64,000 nt of DNA from an uncultured Candidatus Binatia bacterium. Its GTDB lineage: Bacteria; Desulfobacterota; Binatia; UBA9968; JAJDTQ01. Each line of letters opens with the position of its first letter. Position 1 is the stretch's first letter. Shown here in pieces: positions 10,417 through 19,414 of this stretch. Position numbers and translations under genes: made by a program. Under the pieces are notes generated by a model. The model saw only the letters and a program-made list of their open reading frames with translations. It had not been told where the DNA came from and made no database searches. The stretch covers positions 960,001 to 1,024,000 of the forward strand of contig OZ251459.1 in the NCBI GenBank assembly GCA_965242525.1, given 5' to 3'.

Positions 10417-11508
10417 TCAGAAGGCGTAGAGGCGCTGCGGGTTCTCGCACAGTATCTTGTCGGCGATCCGGGGCGACAGGTCCTCCCGGGACCGGATGGT
10501 ATGGGCCAGCTCCGGCTCGAACGACGGGTCCGTGTGGCCGTAGTCGGAGCCGATCACGAGGTTGTCCTCCCCCATGTAGCGGATCAGGTACGGGATGTCC
10601 TCGTCGGCCTCGCAGGCCACGAACAGGCGGTACTTGCGGAACAGCTCGACGCTGGAATCGAACCGGAACTGCTGCTTCAGCAGGCGCCGGAGGATGTGCA
10701 GCATGAACGGCACCCAACCGGCCGAAGCCTCGATGAACCCGAACCGCAGCTTCGGGAACAGCTCCGGGATGCGGTTGTGGATGATGTCCCGGAAGGCGAA
10801 GATGGGCAGCACCCTGCCGTGGGCGAAGGTGTGGTTGCGCTCCAGGTTGAACAGGTCGATGAGGGCGGGGCAGCCCGAGCCCGTGTGGATGCAGATGGGC
10901 AACTCCAGGGAGTTGGCCTCCTCATAGACCGGGAAGAACCAGGGGTCGTCCAGGGTCCTTTCGCCTTCCATGCCGCGGAAGAAGACCCCCACCGCGCCGT
11001 GCTCCCTGGCCAGCCGCATCTCCTTCACGGACTCGTCCACGGACCTCAGGGGCAGGACCGCGTTCCAGCGGAGCCTCTTCCGGCCCTTCTCCTCGACCTC
11101 CCACATGTAGCGGTTGTAGGCCTTGCACAAGGCTACGTCCAGGTCCACGTCGTCGGTGAGGTAGATGAGGAAGAGGGTGGGGTAGATCACCTGGGTGTCG
11201 ATGCCGAGCCGGTCCATGTCCTTGAGCCGCACCTCCACGTCGGTGATCTCCCGGCTGGCCACCAGGCTGTCGTCCCGTTCCGATTCCGAGCTCGCGGCCG
11301 CGGGCGTCACCAGCCGGAAGCCGCCCTTGCCCGAAGGCTTGGGGAAGATGTTGCCGTCGATGAGCCAGAACCGGTTGCGGGCGCCGTACAGGGTGTCGTC
11401 GGCAATGGACGTCAGCACCGGCCTGCGAGGGTACATGTCCCCGTCGAAGAACTTCCACATGGCCTCGGGCTCGGCAATGTGGGTATCCGCATCGATCACT
11501 CCTGCCAT
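10417..11508 (-). CDS. Amidohydrolase-2 family protein
   Basis: IDADTH, QVIYPT, AYNRY, IHTG, IEASAGWVP, IGSDYGH; AGGAG before ATG 11508. Confidence 0.85.
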   Translation of the reverse strand: MAGVIDADTHIAEPEAMWKFFDGDMYPRRPVLTSIADDTLYGARNRFWLIDGNIFPKPSGKGGFRLVTPAAASSESERDDSLVASREITDVEVRLKDMDRLGIDTQVIYPTLFLIYLTDDVDLDVALCKAYNRYMWEVEEKGRKRLRWNAVLPLRSVDESVKEMRLAREHGAVGVFFRGMEGERTLDDPWFFPVYEEANSLELPICIHTGSGCPALIDLFNLERNHTFAHGRVLPIFAFRDIIHNRIPELFPKLRFGFIEASAGWVPFMLHILRRLLKQQFRFDSSVELFRKYRLFVACEADEDIPYLIRYMGEDNLVIGSDYGHTDPSFEPELAHTIRSREDLSPRIADKILCENPQRLYAF

Positions 11509-11575
11509 GGTTGTCTCCTTGAAGGATCGGGGCCGCGCTCGACGCGAGCGCAGAGACGCGCGGCCCCCTCCATTG

Positions 11576-11604
11576 CTTGTACTTCCGCGGTCACCGGTTG
11601 TCAA
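11576..11604 (-). promoter_or_regulatory. Putative sigma70 promoter of the amidohydrolase pair
   Basis: Minus strand TTGACA-17 bp-TACAAG. Confidence 0.5.
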
Positions 11605-11794
11605 CGGGAAGGCGGACCCTTCCCCGGATTCCCTCGCCGCGGGTGCAGACGGCGTGATATGAAAGGCACACGGGAACGGAATCCAAACGGCCCCCTTGAC
11701 GCCGGGAGCCTGCTGTAACCAGCGTCCCCGCGTCGAGGGAGTCGGCCATTTCCACAAGCCTCGCGTCGTTCTGAACGGAGATTTCGACTCGTGT

Positions 11795-11896
11795 CGCTCG
11801 GGACGAGCGGGGACCGTTGTTCCAGGTTTCCTTTCGTGTCCTGCCCGGCGGTTCCATTCCTCAGCCTGGGGCGCACAGGCGGCCGAGGCCCGGGAT
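11795..11896. repeat. Left copy of 102-bp direct repeat flanking the R-M cassette
   Basis: Matches 14352-14453 with 6 mismatches counted by eye; ends at the REase stop codon. Confidence 0.92.
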
Positions 11897-12810
11897 CAAA
11901 ACCAGCCACGACCGAGAACGGCATCCTCATTCTCATCGCCATGGCTCAGCATGAGGTTGACGTGGAACAGGAAACGCTTGAAGGCGTCCGGGGAAAAGGG
12001 GTTCTCCATCAAGTGACGTTCGAAGGCGTCCCGTGCAGCAACTCGACCGGGCGCCGTTGCAAAACGACTGCGTATGTTTGCCGGCAGGCGTTTGGCCTTT
12101 CTCAGGACGATGACTTCCTCGATGGACGTTGCCGCCGTGCTGATGGGCGTCATGTCCAGCCATTCGCAAAGCAGGAAATAACGTGAATTCGGCAAGGCCA
12201 GCTTCAGGTCGTAAGCGGTTGCATTGGCCTCCTGGAACATCGTCTTGTCGAGGTTGGTCTTGATTTCGGCGGCCATATACGCAATGGAGGTTCGCGCTTC
12301 ATGGAAATCTCCGAAGTCCGGGCGATGGGAAGCCCTGAGAAACAGCGGGCGGGTGATGGCGAAATCCTGATCCTTGGAACGGATCATCATGCCGCGGTTG
12401 GCTTCCGCATCTCTCAAGTCCAAGTCGAAGTGCAGTTGAGCAAAACAGTTCGCGGGACCCAGGGTCACACCACGGTCATCGATGCGCTCGGAAAAAACCC
12501 GGCCCACCAACCACGGCATGAACTCCTCGATGATCGTGTTGTCGAGTTTGAGTTGCCCCTTCTGCCGATACAGGAAATCCTTCTTGCTATCGAAGACCAG
12601 ATCGAGATCGACGTATGCCTTGTAACGACTGAGAGAAGCGACCATGGGTTCGACCAAGTCATTACCCGTTTCTGCGAACCCGGCAATCTCGGCGATCCAC
12701 GAGTGGTACATCTTCTGCGTGCGGCGAACCGCGGACAGATCCCCCGCAGGCAACTTCCTGTTCCCAAGTAGCGCTCGCAGCTTGTCTCCGTGAGGAGTCG
12801 GGCAAGACAT
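11896..12810 (-). CDS. Bpu10I-family type II restriction endonuclease
   Basis: PHGDKL, LYRQKGQLKLDNTIIEEF, KDQDFAI, AAEIKTNLDKTMFQEA motifs typical of RE_Bpu10I (PD-(D/E)xK); visibly lower GC than neighbours. Confidence 0.8.
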   Translation of the reverse strand: MSCPTPHGDKLRALLGNRKLPAGDLSAVRRTQKMYHSWIAEIAGFAETGNDLVEPMVASLSRYKAYVDLDLVFDSKKDFLYRQKGQLKLDNTIIEEFMPWLVGRVFSERIDDRGVTLGPANCFAQLHFDLDLRDAEANRGMMIRSKDQDFAITRPLFLRASHRPDFGDFHEARTSIAYMAAEIKTNLDKTMFQEANATAYDLKLALPNSRYFLLCEWLDMTPISTAATSIEEVIVLRKAKRLPANIRSRFATAPGRVAARDAFERHLMENPFSPDAFKRFLFHVNLMLSHGDENEDAVLGRGWF

Positions 12811-12812
12811 CG

Positions 12813-14042
12813 TCAATGGCGCACGGCCCCGGGGTCGAGAATCGGGGAAGGCGAGACCTTGTGGAGACTCGCTATCGCGTCTGTGATTCCACTTCGAGAA
12901 ACGTCGCGACCCGCAGCAGAGAGCACCTGTTCCGCAATAACCCTGGCCATCCGCAGACTGGCGTCTTCATCGGGTAGAAGGGCGTTCTTGCGGAAATGGA
13001 GGATGTCCTCGTAGATGTCGTCGCCGTAGCGGTTCCTGAACACACGCTCCTGGCGTTTCTCGAACTCCAGTGCCGCTCCCTGTACCGCGAGCTCGGTGAC
13101 CAGCTCCCCGTTGAAGAAGGCAACGCCCAGCACCCGGGACACCCGCCCCAGAACGAGGATCAGGCGTCCTCCCGGTTTCGTGACGCGCGCCATCTCACGA
13201 AGAGCCAATACCATGTCGAGTGAATACTGGATCACCGTCAGGAAACGGTTGCCCCGGTTCTGGCGATTCGAACCGAGCTCGGACCGGGCCACAGCCAGGA
13301 CGTCCCAGGACAGGGCCTCCACGGAACGGCGGAATAGCTGATGGTAGTTCTGGACGTTGATGTAAGGGGGCGAGGTAAGGACCAGGTCCACCGACCCGGA
13401 AGCCAGAGGCAGGGATCGCGCGTCCGCCAGGCGGGCCTCGACGGGCTGGTCCGATTCGGGAAGAGTTCGGACGACCTGACTGATACGCCGCCACACGCCG
13501 TGGACCTTGTCGGCGTTGAGATCCTTGCGATAGAAGTCGCAAAGGACCACGAGAGCCGCGGCCAGTATCTTCTCGATGCCCGAGGACGACTCGCGCCACA
13601 GATCCACGAGCAGGGCCTCCATGGCGTCCTGATCCGCCGCTCGGAAGGGTTCAGAGAGAAACAGGGGTCCTTCGGGCAACCCGATCTTTTCGAAGAGTCG
13701 GGATCCCAACTCTTCGAGAACGGCTTTCTTCTCCGACGCGTCGAGGTTGGCCAGTCGATAGACTTGGGAGAGGGTCACGGCGGCAGGATTGACGTCATAA
13801 CCGCATGCCGCCAGATGAATCCGTGCCGTCTCCGCCAGCAGGGTGCCGCTCCCGACGAAAGGATCCAGGACCACACCGGAATCCGGACCATAGACTTCCA
13901 GGAGCGCTTCGACGAGTTGCGGTGAAAACTGCCCGGTCCACGAAAATGGATTGGTCCGCACCCGCTTGTCGATGTTCAGATGGCCTTGGGGCAGTGATTC
14001 CCTGTCCACCGGGGCGGCGGCGAATGTTTCGTGCAGGAGCAT
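12813..14042 (-). CDS. Amino-DNA methyltransferase (probably N4-cytosine, motif order I then IV)
   Basis: VLDPFVGSGT (motif I) precedes VLTSPPY (motif IV); lies 2 bp upstream of the REase start. Confidence 0.85.
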   Translation of the reverse strand: MLLHETFAAAPVDRESLPQGHLNIDKRVRTNPFSWTGQFSPQLVEALLEVYGPDSGVVLDPFVGSGTLLAETARIHLAACGYDVNPAAVTLSQVYRLANLDASEKKAVLEELGSRLFEKIGLPEGPLFLSEPFRAADQDAMEALLVDLWRESSSGIEKILAAALVVLCDFYRKDLNADKVHGVWRRISQVVRTLPESDQPVEARLADARSLPLASGSVDLVLTSPPYINVQNYHQLFRRSVEALSWDVLAVARSELGSNRQNRGNRFLTVIQYSLDMVLALREMARVTKPGGRLILVLGRVSRVLGVAFFNGELVTELAVQGAALEFEKRQERVFRNRYGDDIYEDILHFRKNALLPDEDASLRMARVIAEQVLSAAGRDVSRSGITDAIASLHKVSPSPILDPGAVRH

Positions 14043-14214
14043 GAATGGTGTTCTCCTCCGCGGTTCGGCTCGGTCACCGGTCCCGGGGTGGATTCCGGCA
14101 GGTTGACCGCGCTGTAGAAGGATATACCAGCAAACCAGGAATGTCATGCCAAGGTACTTCCCTGAGTCCACCCCCCTGATCGTTTGCCGGGGACGGTTGG
14201 CGGGGTCCGGCGCA

Positions 14215-14388
14215 GGAATTCCTGACCGTCACCGGCTCGAGTTCCCTCTCCCTGTGGGAAAGCGCATCCTTCGACTCCGCTTCGCTACGCTCAGGATGAA
14301 CGGAGGTCTTCGTTGCGTTACGCAGGACGAACGGAGGTCTTCGCTTCGCTACGCTCGGGACGAACGGGGATCGTTGTTCCGGGTTTCC
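14215..14388. mobile_element. MITE-like element with three tandem REP-like core units
   Basis: Degenerate ends ggaattcctgacc...gttgttccgggtttcc; three head-to-tail ~31-33-bp units of cgcttcgctacgctcaggacgaacggaggtctt. Confidence 0.7.
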
Positions 14389-14453
14389 TTTCGTGTCCTG
14401 TCGGGCGGTTCCGTTCCTCAGCCTGGGGCGCACAGGCGGCCGAGGCCCGGGAT
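14352..14453. repeat. Right copy of 102-bp direct repeat (MITE end plus last codons of the racemase-fold gene)
   Basis: Near-identical to 11795-11896. Confidence 0.92.
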
Positions 14454-15128
14454 GGACGGCGACCGGCCCATCCGGCGCAGGCAGGCCCACAGGACGGCCT
14501 GGTTGCTGGACACCACCGGGCGGGCGAGGCGGCGCTCCGCGGCTTCGATGACCTCGATCATGCGGGTGTTGGTGCAGCTCAGGAAGTAGCCGTCGGCCTC
14601 CGGCCGGCGGTTGGCCCAGGCGATTTCCATCCAGCGGTCCGGGGTGACCTCGATGTAGGCGTCGCTGCCCGGAAGCCCCAGCCCCAACTCATGCACCACC
14701 TCGAAGCCGGCTTCCTGCATGTAGCGCAACTCCAGCCGGTTGGTGGCCTCCACGTAGGGGCTGACGAGCACCAGCTTCCTGACGGCCAGGGCGGTCAACG
14801 CTTCGGTGACCGCCTGTCCGGTGGTCAGGGCCGGGCATCCGCCGGCCCCGCGGATCCATTCGACCACGCGCTCCTCGCCGGCGAGGCCCTCTTCCATGGA
14901 GCTCGCGGTGCAATGGAACACGATGACGTCCGGCCTGGTGTCGGACAGCGCGCCCGCGGCCTCCTCGACCGCGCCCCGGAGCTCGGCCAGCGGCCTGTGC
15001 CACTCCCCGGTCATGCGCAGCCGGGTCACGTGGACGCCCACGTCCCGCGGCGCGTACGCGTGGAACTGCGGCTCGGTGAGCCGGTTGCTGGAGGGGATGA
15101 TGAGGCCCATGCGCGCCTGGCTGTCCAT
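14418..15128 (-). CDS. Asp/Glu racemase-fold protein (maleate cis-trans isomerase/arylmalonate decarboxylase family)
   Basis: GLIIPSSN, VFHCTAS, SPY, FLSCTN, PVVSSNQA; both catalytic Cys present. Confidence 0.85.
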   Translation of the reverse strand: MDSQARMGLIIPSSNRLTEPQFHAYAPRDVGVHVTRLRMTGEWHRPLAELRGAVEEAAGALSDTRPDVIVFHCTASSMEEGLAGEERVVEWIRGAGGCPALTTGQAVTEALTALAVRKLVLVSPYVEATNRLELRYMQEAGFEVVHELGLGLPGSDAYIEVTPDRWMEIAWANRRPEADGYFLSCTNTRMIEVIEAAERRLARPVVSSNQAVLWACLRRMGRSPSIPGLGRLCAPG

Positions 15129-15201
15129 GACGTCCCTCACGATCGCTTTCCGCTCGTCCGAACGGATGCCTGGGCCGGCGCGTCTCCGCGGCGACCGTTG
15201 C

Positions 15202-16398
15202 CTACGCCGGCGCGCCCCGGTCGGGGCCGTCTTCCCACGTGCCCATGGCCTTTGCCAGGGCCCCGGGTTCCGGCAGGTCCTTCAGTTCGAAGAACGCCGC
15301 GGCGTTCCCGGAGAGCACCTGCTCCTTCCGGGCGAAGCTCAGGTCGCCGCCCGAGACCACGTCCCGGACGGAGTAGGGGAAGTGGCAGTCCCAGTGGCAG
15401 TAGTCCGAGGCGTAGAGCACGGTGGCTGGTCCCGACGCCTCCAGCACCCGGTCCAGTCCGGTCTCCTCGGACTCGCAGGACAGCACGACCTGGTCGCTCC
15501 GGATGATCTCGCTCGGCTTGCGCCCGAGTTCGGGCATCTGGGGCGCCAGCTTCTCCACGTGCTCGTCCAGACGCTCCATCCAGAAGGGCAGCCAACCGGC
15601 GCCGCCTTCCATGTATGCGACCTTGAGGCGGGGATGGCGGTCGAAAACGCCTTCCCCGATCATGTGCATCATGGCGATCATGAGCTCGAAGGGGAACGCG
15701 GTCATGTGCACATAGACGTACTTGTAGAAGCGCCGGCTTCCGGCGCCCATCACCCCCGACACTCCGGGGACCCCGTCGTGGCCGGTCTGGGGGTGGACGG
15801 ACAGCGGCATGCCCAGGTCCTGGGCCGCGGCGTAGATGGGGTCGAACACGGGGTCGCCCATGTTCCGGCCATAGACGTTGGTGGGCAGCATGGCGGTGGT
15901 TGCGCCGTGCTCGGCCAGGTAGCGGAGCTCCCGCACCGCCTCGGGCGGGTCCTGGCACGGGATGAGTCCCACCGCGCGGAGGCGCCGCGGGTCCGCGGAG
16001 CAGTATTCCAGCATCCATTCGTTGACCGCGTGGCAGATGGCCCCGGCGAGGCCCTTGTCCATGAGCCCGTTGACCGTCAGCGCGATCTGGGTGCCGAAGA
16101 TGACGGCCACGTCGATGCCTTCCAGGTCCATGTCCTCGAGGCGTTCCCCGGGGTCGGTCATGCCGGGGCGGCCCTTCCGCGCCTCCGCGGTCATGGGGCC
16201 CGACACCCCCGGACCCGGCCCCTCGTTGGCCGGCCAGATCCGGCCTTCCAGCAGCAGCCGGTTGCCGCCCCGGTTGTCCTTGAGCCGCACCGGCGCCAGC
16301 GCCTTGTACTTTTCGGGCAGCCAGGGCCTGAAGTCGATGTCGCCCTCGTTGACGTGGCCGTCGGCGTCTATCACGAGCGTGCGGGTGAAGTCGTCCAT
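15202..16398 (-). CDS. Amidohydrolase-2 family protein
   Basis: IDADGH, SVHP, MEGGAGWLP, YASDYCHWD. Confidence 0.85.
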   Translation of the reverse strand: MDDFTRTLVIDADGHVNEGDIDFRPWLPEKYKALAPVRLKDNRGGNRLLLEGRIWPANEGPGPGVSGPMTAEARKGRPGMTDPGERLEDMDLEGIDVAVIFGTQIALTVNGLMDKGLAGAICHAVNEWMLEYCSADPRRLRAVGLIPCQDPPEAVRELRYLAEHGATTAMLPTNVYGRNMGDPVFDPIYAAAQDLGMPLSVHPQTGHDGVPGVSGVMGAGSRRFYKYVYVHMTAFPFELMIAMMHMIGEGVFDRHPRLKVAYMEGGAGWLPFWMERLDEHVEKLAPQMPELGRKPSEIIRSDQVVLSCESEETGLDRVLEASGPATVLYASDYCHWDCHFPYSVRDVVSGGDLSFARKEQVLSGNAAAFFELKDLPEPGALAKAMGTWEDGPDRGAPA

Positions 16399-16530
16399 GA
16401 ACCGTGCTCCTTGTCGAGCGCCCCGGTCGTTACCGTTACTACTGCCGTCGTTTTTGTGTCAAGATGCCCGGCGGCCCGCGCCGCAAGCGGGAGGCGCGGG
16501 CCATCGGTTTGCGCAGGACCCTCCGTTCCC

Positions 16531-17559
16531 ATGGACATGGACACGAACCCTCCGGCCGTGCTCGAGGTCAAGGACCTGAGGACTTGGTTCTTCACCCGGT
16601 GGGGAACGGGCAAGGCGGTGGACGGGGTCTCGTTCACGTTGCGCGAGAGGGAATCGCTGGGGCTCCTGGGGGAGTCGGGCTGCGGCAAGAGCGTCACCAG
16701 CCTCTCCATCCTGCGGCTGGCGCCGAGACCCGCGGCGCGCATCGTCTCGGGCCAGGTGCTGTTCCAGGGCCGGGACCTGCTCCGGATCCCGGAGGAGGAG
16801 ATGCGCCGGGTCCGGGGCCGACAGATCGCCATGATCCTGCAGGACCCCCTGAGCACCCTGAACCCGGTCTTCTCCATCGGCAACCAAGTAGCGGAGCCCC
16901 TGCGCGTCCACCGGGCGGCGCCGCGTTCCGGCATCCGGGATCGGGTGGCGCAACTTCTGAGGCTCGTGCGCATACCCGCGCCGGAAACCCGCATGAAAGA
17001 CTATCCGCACCAGTTCAGCGGCGGCATGCGCCAGCGGGTGGTGGGCGCCGCGGCCATCTCGGCCGGGCCCAAGGTGCTGATCGCGGATGAGCCCACCACC
17101 TCCCTGGACGTCACCATCCAGTCCCAGTACCTGCGGTTGCTGAAGGAGCTGCAAAGGGAGTCGGGCCTGTCCATACTCTACATCACCCACGACCTGGGCG
17201 CCTTGGCCCGCATGTGCGACCGGGTGGCGGTGATGTACGCCGGCAAGATCGTGGAAGAGCTGACCGTGGAGGCGCTCTTCCACAGCCCCATGCACCCCTA
17301 CACCGAAGCGCTGTTGCAGTCCGTCCCGCGCATGGACCAGAAGGTCCATCGCTTCCCGTCCATCGAGGGAAGCCCGCCGGTGGTGTACGACCTGCCTCCC
17401 GGTTGCGCGTTTGCGCCGCGCTGTCCCAGGGCAAGGGACATCTGCCGGCAGGAGTTCCCGCCGGTGACCCGGCTGGACCCGGAGCACCGCGTGGCCTGTT
17501 GGCTGCACGTGGAGGACCGCCATGAGTCCGCCCCTGCTGGAAGTCCGGCGCGTCCGTAA
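16531..17559 (+). CDS. Peptide/nickel ABC transporter ATPase (OppD/DppD-like)
   Basis: GESGCGKS, YPHQFSGGMRQR, IADEPTT, C-terminal HPYT...GCAFAPRC oligo_HPY domain. Confidence 0.92.
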   Translation: MDMDTNPPAVLEVKDLRTWFFTRWGTGKAVDGVSFTLRERESLGLLGESGCGKSVTSLSILRLAPRPAARIVSGQVLFQGRDLLRIPEEEMRRVRGRQIAMILQDPLSTLNPVFSIGNQVAEPLRVHRAAPRSGIRDRVAQLLRLVRIPAPETRMKDYPHQFSGGMRQRVVGAAAISAGPKVLIADEPTTSLDVTIQSQYLRLLKELQRESGLSILYITHDLGALARMCDRVAVMYAGKIVEELTVEALFHSPMHPYTEALLQSVPRMDQKVHRFPSIEGSPPVVYDLPPGCAFAPRCPRARDICRQEFPPVTRLDPEHRVACWLHVEDRHESAPAGSPARP

Positions 17560-18490
17560 GTACTTCCCCGTGACCAGGGGGCTGGTCCTGGCCGGGAACG
17601 TGGGCCGGGTCCACGCGGTGGATGACGTGAGCTTCCACATCGACCGCGGCGAGACCTTGGGCCTGGTGGGCGAGTCGGGCTGCGGCAAGAGCACCACCGC
17701 TAGGCTCGTGCTGTTGCTGGAGCGGCCCACCGACGGCGAGATCCTCTACCAGGGGGTCAGCCTGCAACGGATGTCGCGCAGCGGCCTGCGGCATTACCGG
17801 AACACGGTGCAGGCGGTGTTCCAGGACCCCCAGAGCTCGCTCAACCCCAGGATGCGGGTGGGCGACATCGTGGGCGAGCCGCTGGAAGTGAGCCGGAGAC
17901 TGCCCCGGGACTCGGTGCGCGAGAGGGTTGCGGAGGTGCTGGAAGAGGTGAACCTGGACGCGGCCTTCGCCCGGCTCTACCCCCACGAGTTCAGCGGCGG
18001 ACAGCGGCAGCGCATCGCCCTGGCCCGGGCCCTGGCCACCCATTCCCGCTTGATCGTGCTGGACGAGCCGGTAGCGTCGCTCGACGCCTCCATCCGAAGC
18101 CAGATCATCAACCTGCTGAAGGATCTTCAGGAGCAGCACGGCCTCAGCTACCTGCTCATCACCCACGACTTGGCGGTGTCCCGTCACCTGAGCCACCGGG
18201 TGGCGGTCATGTACCTGGGCCGGATCGTCGAGGAGGGGGAGGCGGACGCGCTCTACGCCGAGCCCTTGCACCCGTACACCAGGGCGCTCCTGTCCGCGGC
18301 CCTGCCGGTCCGCGGCGCCGGGCCCCCGGACGAGGCGGAGGTGGCCGGCGAGGTCCCCGACCCCATGAACCCTCCCTCGGGCTGCCGTTTCCATCCACGC
18401 TGTCCCTGGGCCGTGCAGCGGTGCGCCGAAGCAGAGCCGGAGCTCCGGGAGTTGGCGCCGGGTCGGAAGGCGGCGTGCCACTTCGTGTAA
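17522..18490 (+). CDS. Peptide/nickel ABC transporter ATPase (OppF/DppF-like)
   Basis: GESGCGKST, YPHEFSGGQRQR, DEPVASLD, PPSGCRFHPRC. Confidence 0.92.
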   Translation: MSPPLLEVRRVRKYFPVTRGLVLAGNVGRVHAVDDVSFHIDRGETLGLVGESGCGKSTTARLVLLLERPTDGEILYQGVSLQRMSRSGLRHYRNTVQAVFQDPQSSLNPRMRVGDIVGEPLEVSRRLPRDSVRERVAEVLEEVNLDAAFARLYPHEFSGGQRQRIALARALATHSRLIVLDEPVASLDASIRSQIINLLKDLQEQHGLSYLLITHDLAVSRHLSHRVAVMYLGRIVEEGEADALYAEPLHPYTRALLSAALPVRGAGPPDEAEVAGEVPDPMNPPSGCRFHPRCPWAVQRCAEAEPELRELAPGRKAACHFV

Positions 18491-18503
18491 GGACGAGGAA
18501 TCG

Positions 18504-18631
18504 GGAACCCCGAATCGGGAAACGTCCCTCGGACGGGGGACCAGCGGGTCCTCATCCCCGTTCGTCCCGAGCGTAGCGAAGCGAAGTCGAAGGACGCGCC
18601 CATGCCCCCTGTCCGATGGACGGGAGGTTCC
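18504..18631. mobile_element. MITE-like element with REP-like core
   Basis: Core ccccgttcgtcccgagcgtagcgaagcgaagtcgaaggacgcgc; degenerate ends ggaacccc...gggaggttcc; between convergent genes. Confidence 0.65.
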
Positions 18632-18632
18632 C

Positions 18633-19349
18633 TCAGTGGTCCCGCAGCAGGCGGCCGTAGCCGTTGATGCGGTCGTTCACGCCGGAGCGGCGCAGGGTCT
18701 CCCACACGATGGCCTGTATGGCTGTGACCACGTTGACGCCGAGCTCCTGCTCCAGCGGCTCGATGATCTCGATGACGCCCCAGTGGGGGGCGGGGACGTA
18801 GAGGGTGTCGGCGTCGGGATGCTCCCGGTAGAGGGCCTCCGCGATCCCCTTCACCGTGTCCTGCGAGACGGTCGCCAAGTCCGCCACGGCCTTGCCGGCG
18901 CCCTTGAACCCCAGCAGCTCGAAGCCGTAGTGGGTCACGTATTCCGCGTGGAACCCCTCGGGGTCGGAGAAGGGGTGGACGAGTATGAGCTTTCCGGCTC
19001 CCAGGGCCCTCAGCGCGTTCACCTGCGCGGTGATGCTGGAGGTGACCGGAACGCCGATCTCGTCCTCGGTCTTGCGCATGGTTTCCTCGAGTCCGTCGTA
19101 GCCCAGCGACAGGTTCAGCGGAACGCCTCCGAACACCACGATATCGACCTTGGCTCGCCCCATCTCGCGGGCGGCCTCCAGCGTCATTTCGACGCTCCGG
19201 GCCACCTCCTTCTCGGTGAGCTGCCTGATCGCAAGGGTGGTGAGGACCAGCGTCACTCCTTCCGGGACCATCTTGTAGAACTCGTAGGGAAAGGTCTCCG
19301 TCAGGTAGGGCGGGGACGTATAGCCGATCCGGGCGCGGTAACCGTACAT
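18633..19349 (-). CDS. Asp/Glu racemase-fold (maleate isomerase/AMDase-like) protein lacking all cysteines
   Basis: ARIGYTSP, GVPVTSSITA, EQELGVNVVTA...WETLR...GYGRLL pattern; no Cys anywhere in 238 aa. Confidence 0.75.
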   Translation of the reverse strand: MYGYRARIGYTSPPYLTETFPYEFYKMVPEGVTLVLTTLAIRQLTEKEVARSVEMTLEAAREMGRAKVDIVVFGGVPLNLSLGYDGLEETMRKTEDEIGVPVTSSITAQVNALRALGAGKLILVHPFSDPEGFHAEYVTHYGFELLGFKGAGKAVADLATVSQDTVKGIAEALYREHPDADTLYVPAPHWGVIEIIEPLEQELGVNVVTAIQAIVWETLRRSGVNDRINGYGRLLRDH

Positions 19350-19414
19350 GTCGCAGCCTCCTCATGCGTGGCCGGCCGGCCACGGTTGTCGGACAAGCGA
19401 ATCGAGCGCCTCCC

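Noticed and set aside
11700-11765. Minus-strand stretch GCGAGGCTTGTGGAAATGGCCGAC resembling the 5' half of a tRNA-Leu
   Set aside because: No T-arm (GTTCRA), no acceptor-stem pairing and no CCA.
14278-14370. Three ~32-bp direct repeats resembling a mini CRISPR array
   Set aside because: The units are head-to-tail with no unique spacers, they are copies of the dispersed REP-like core, and no cas genes are in the window.
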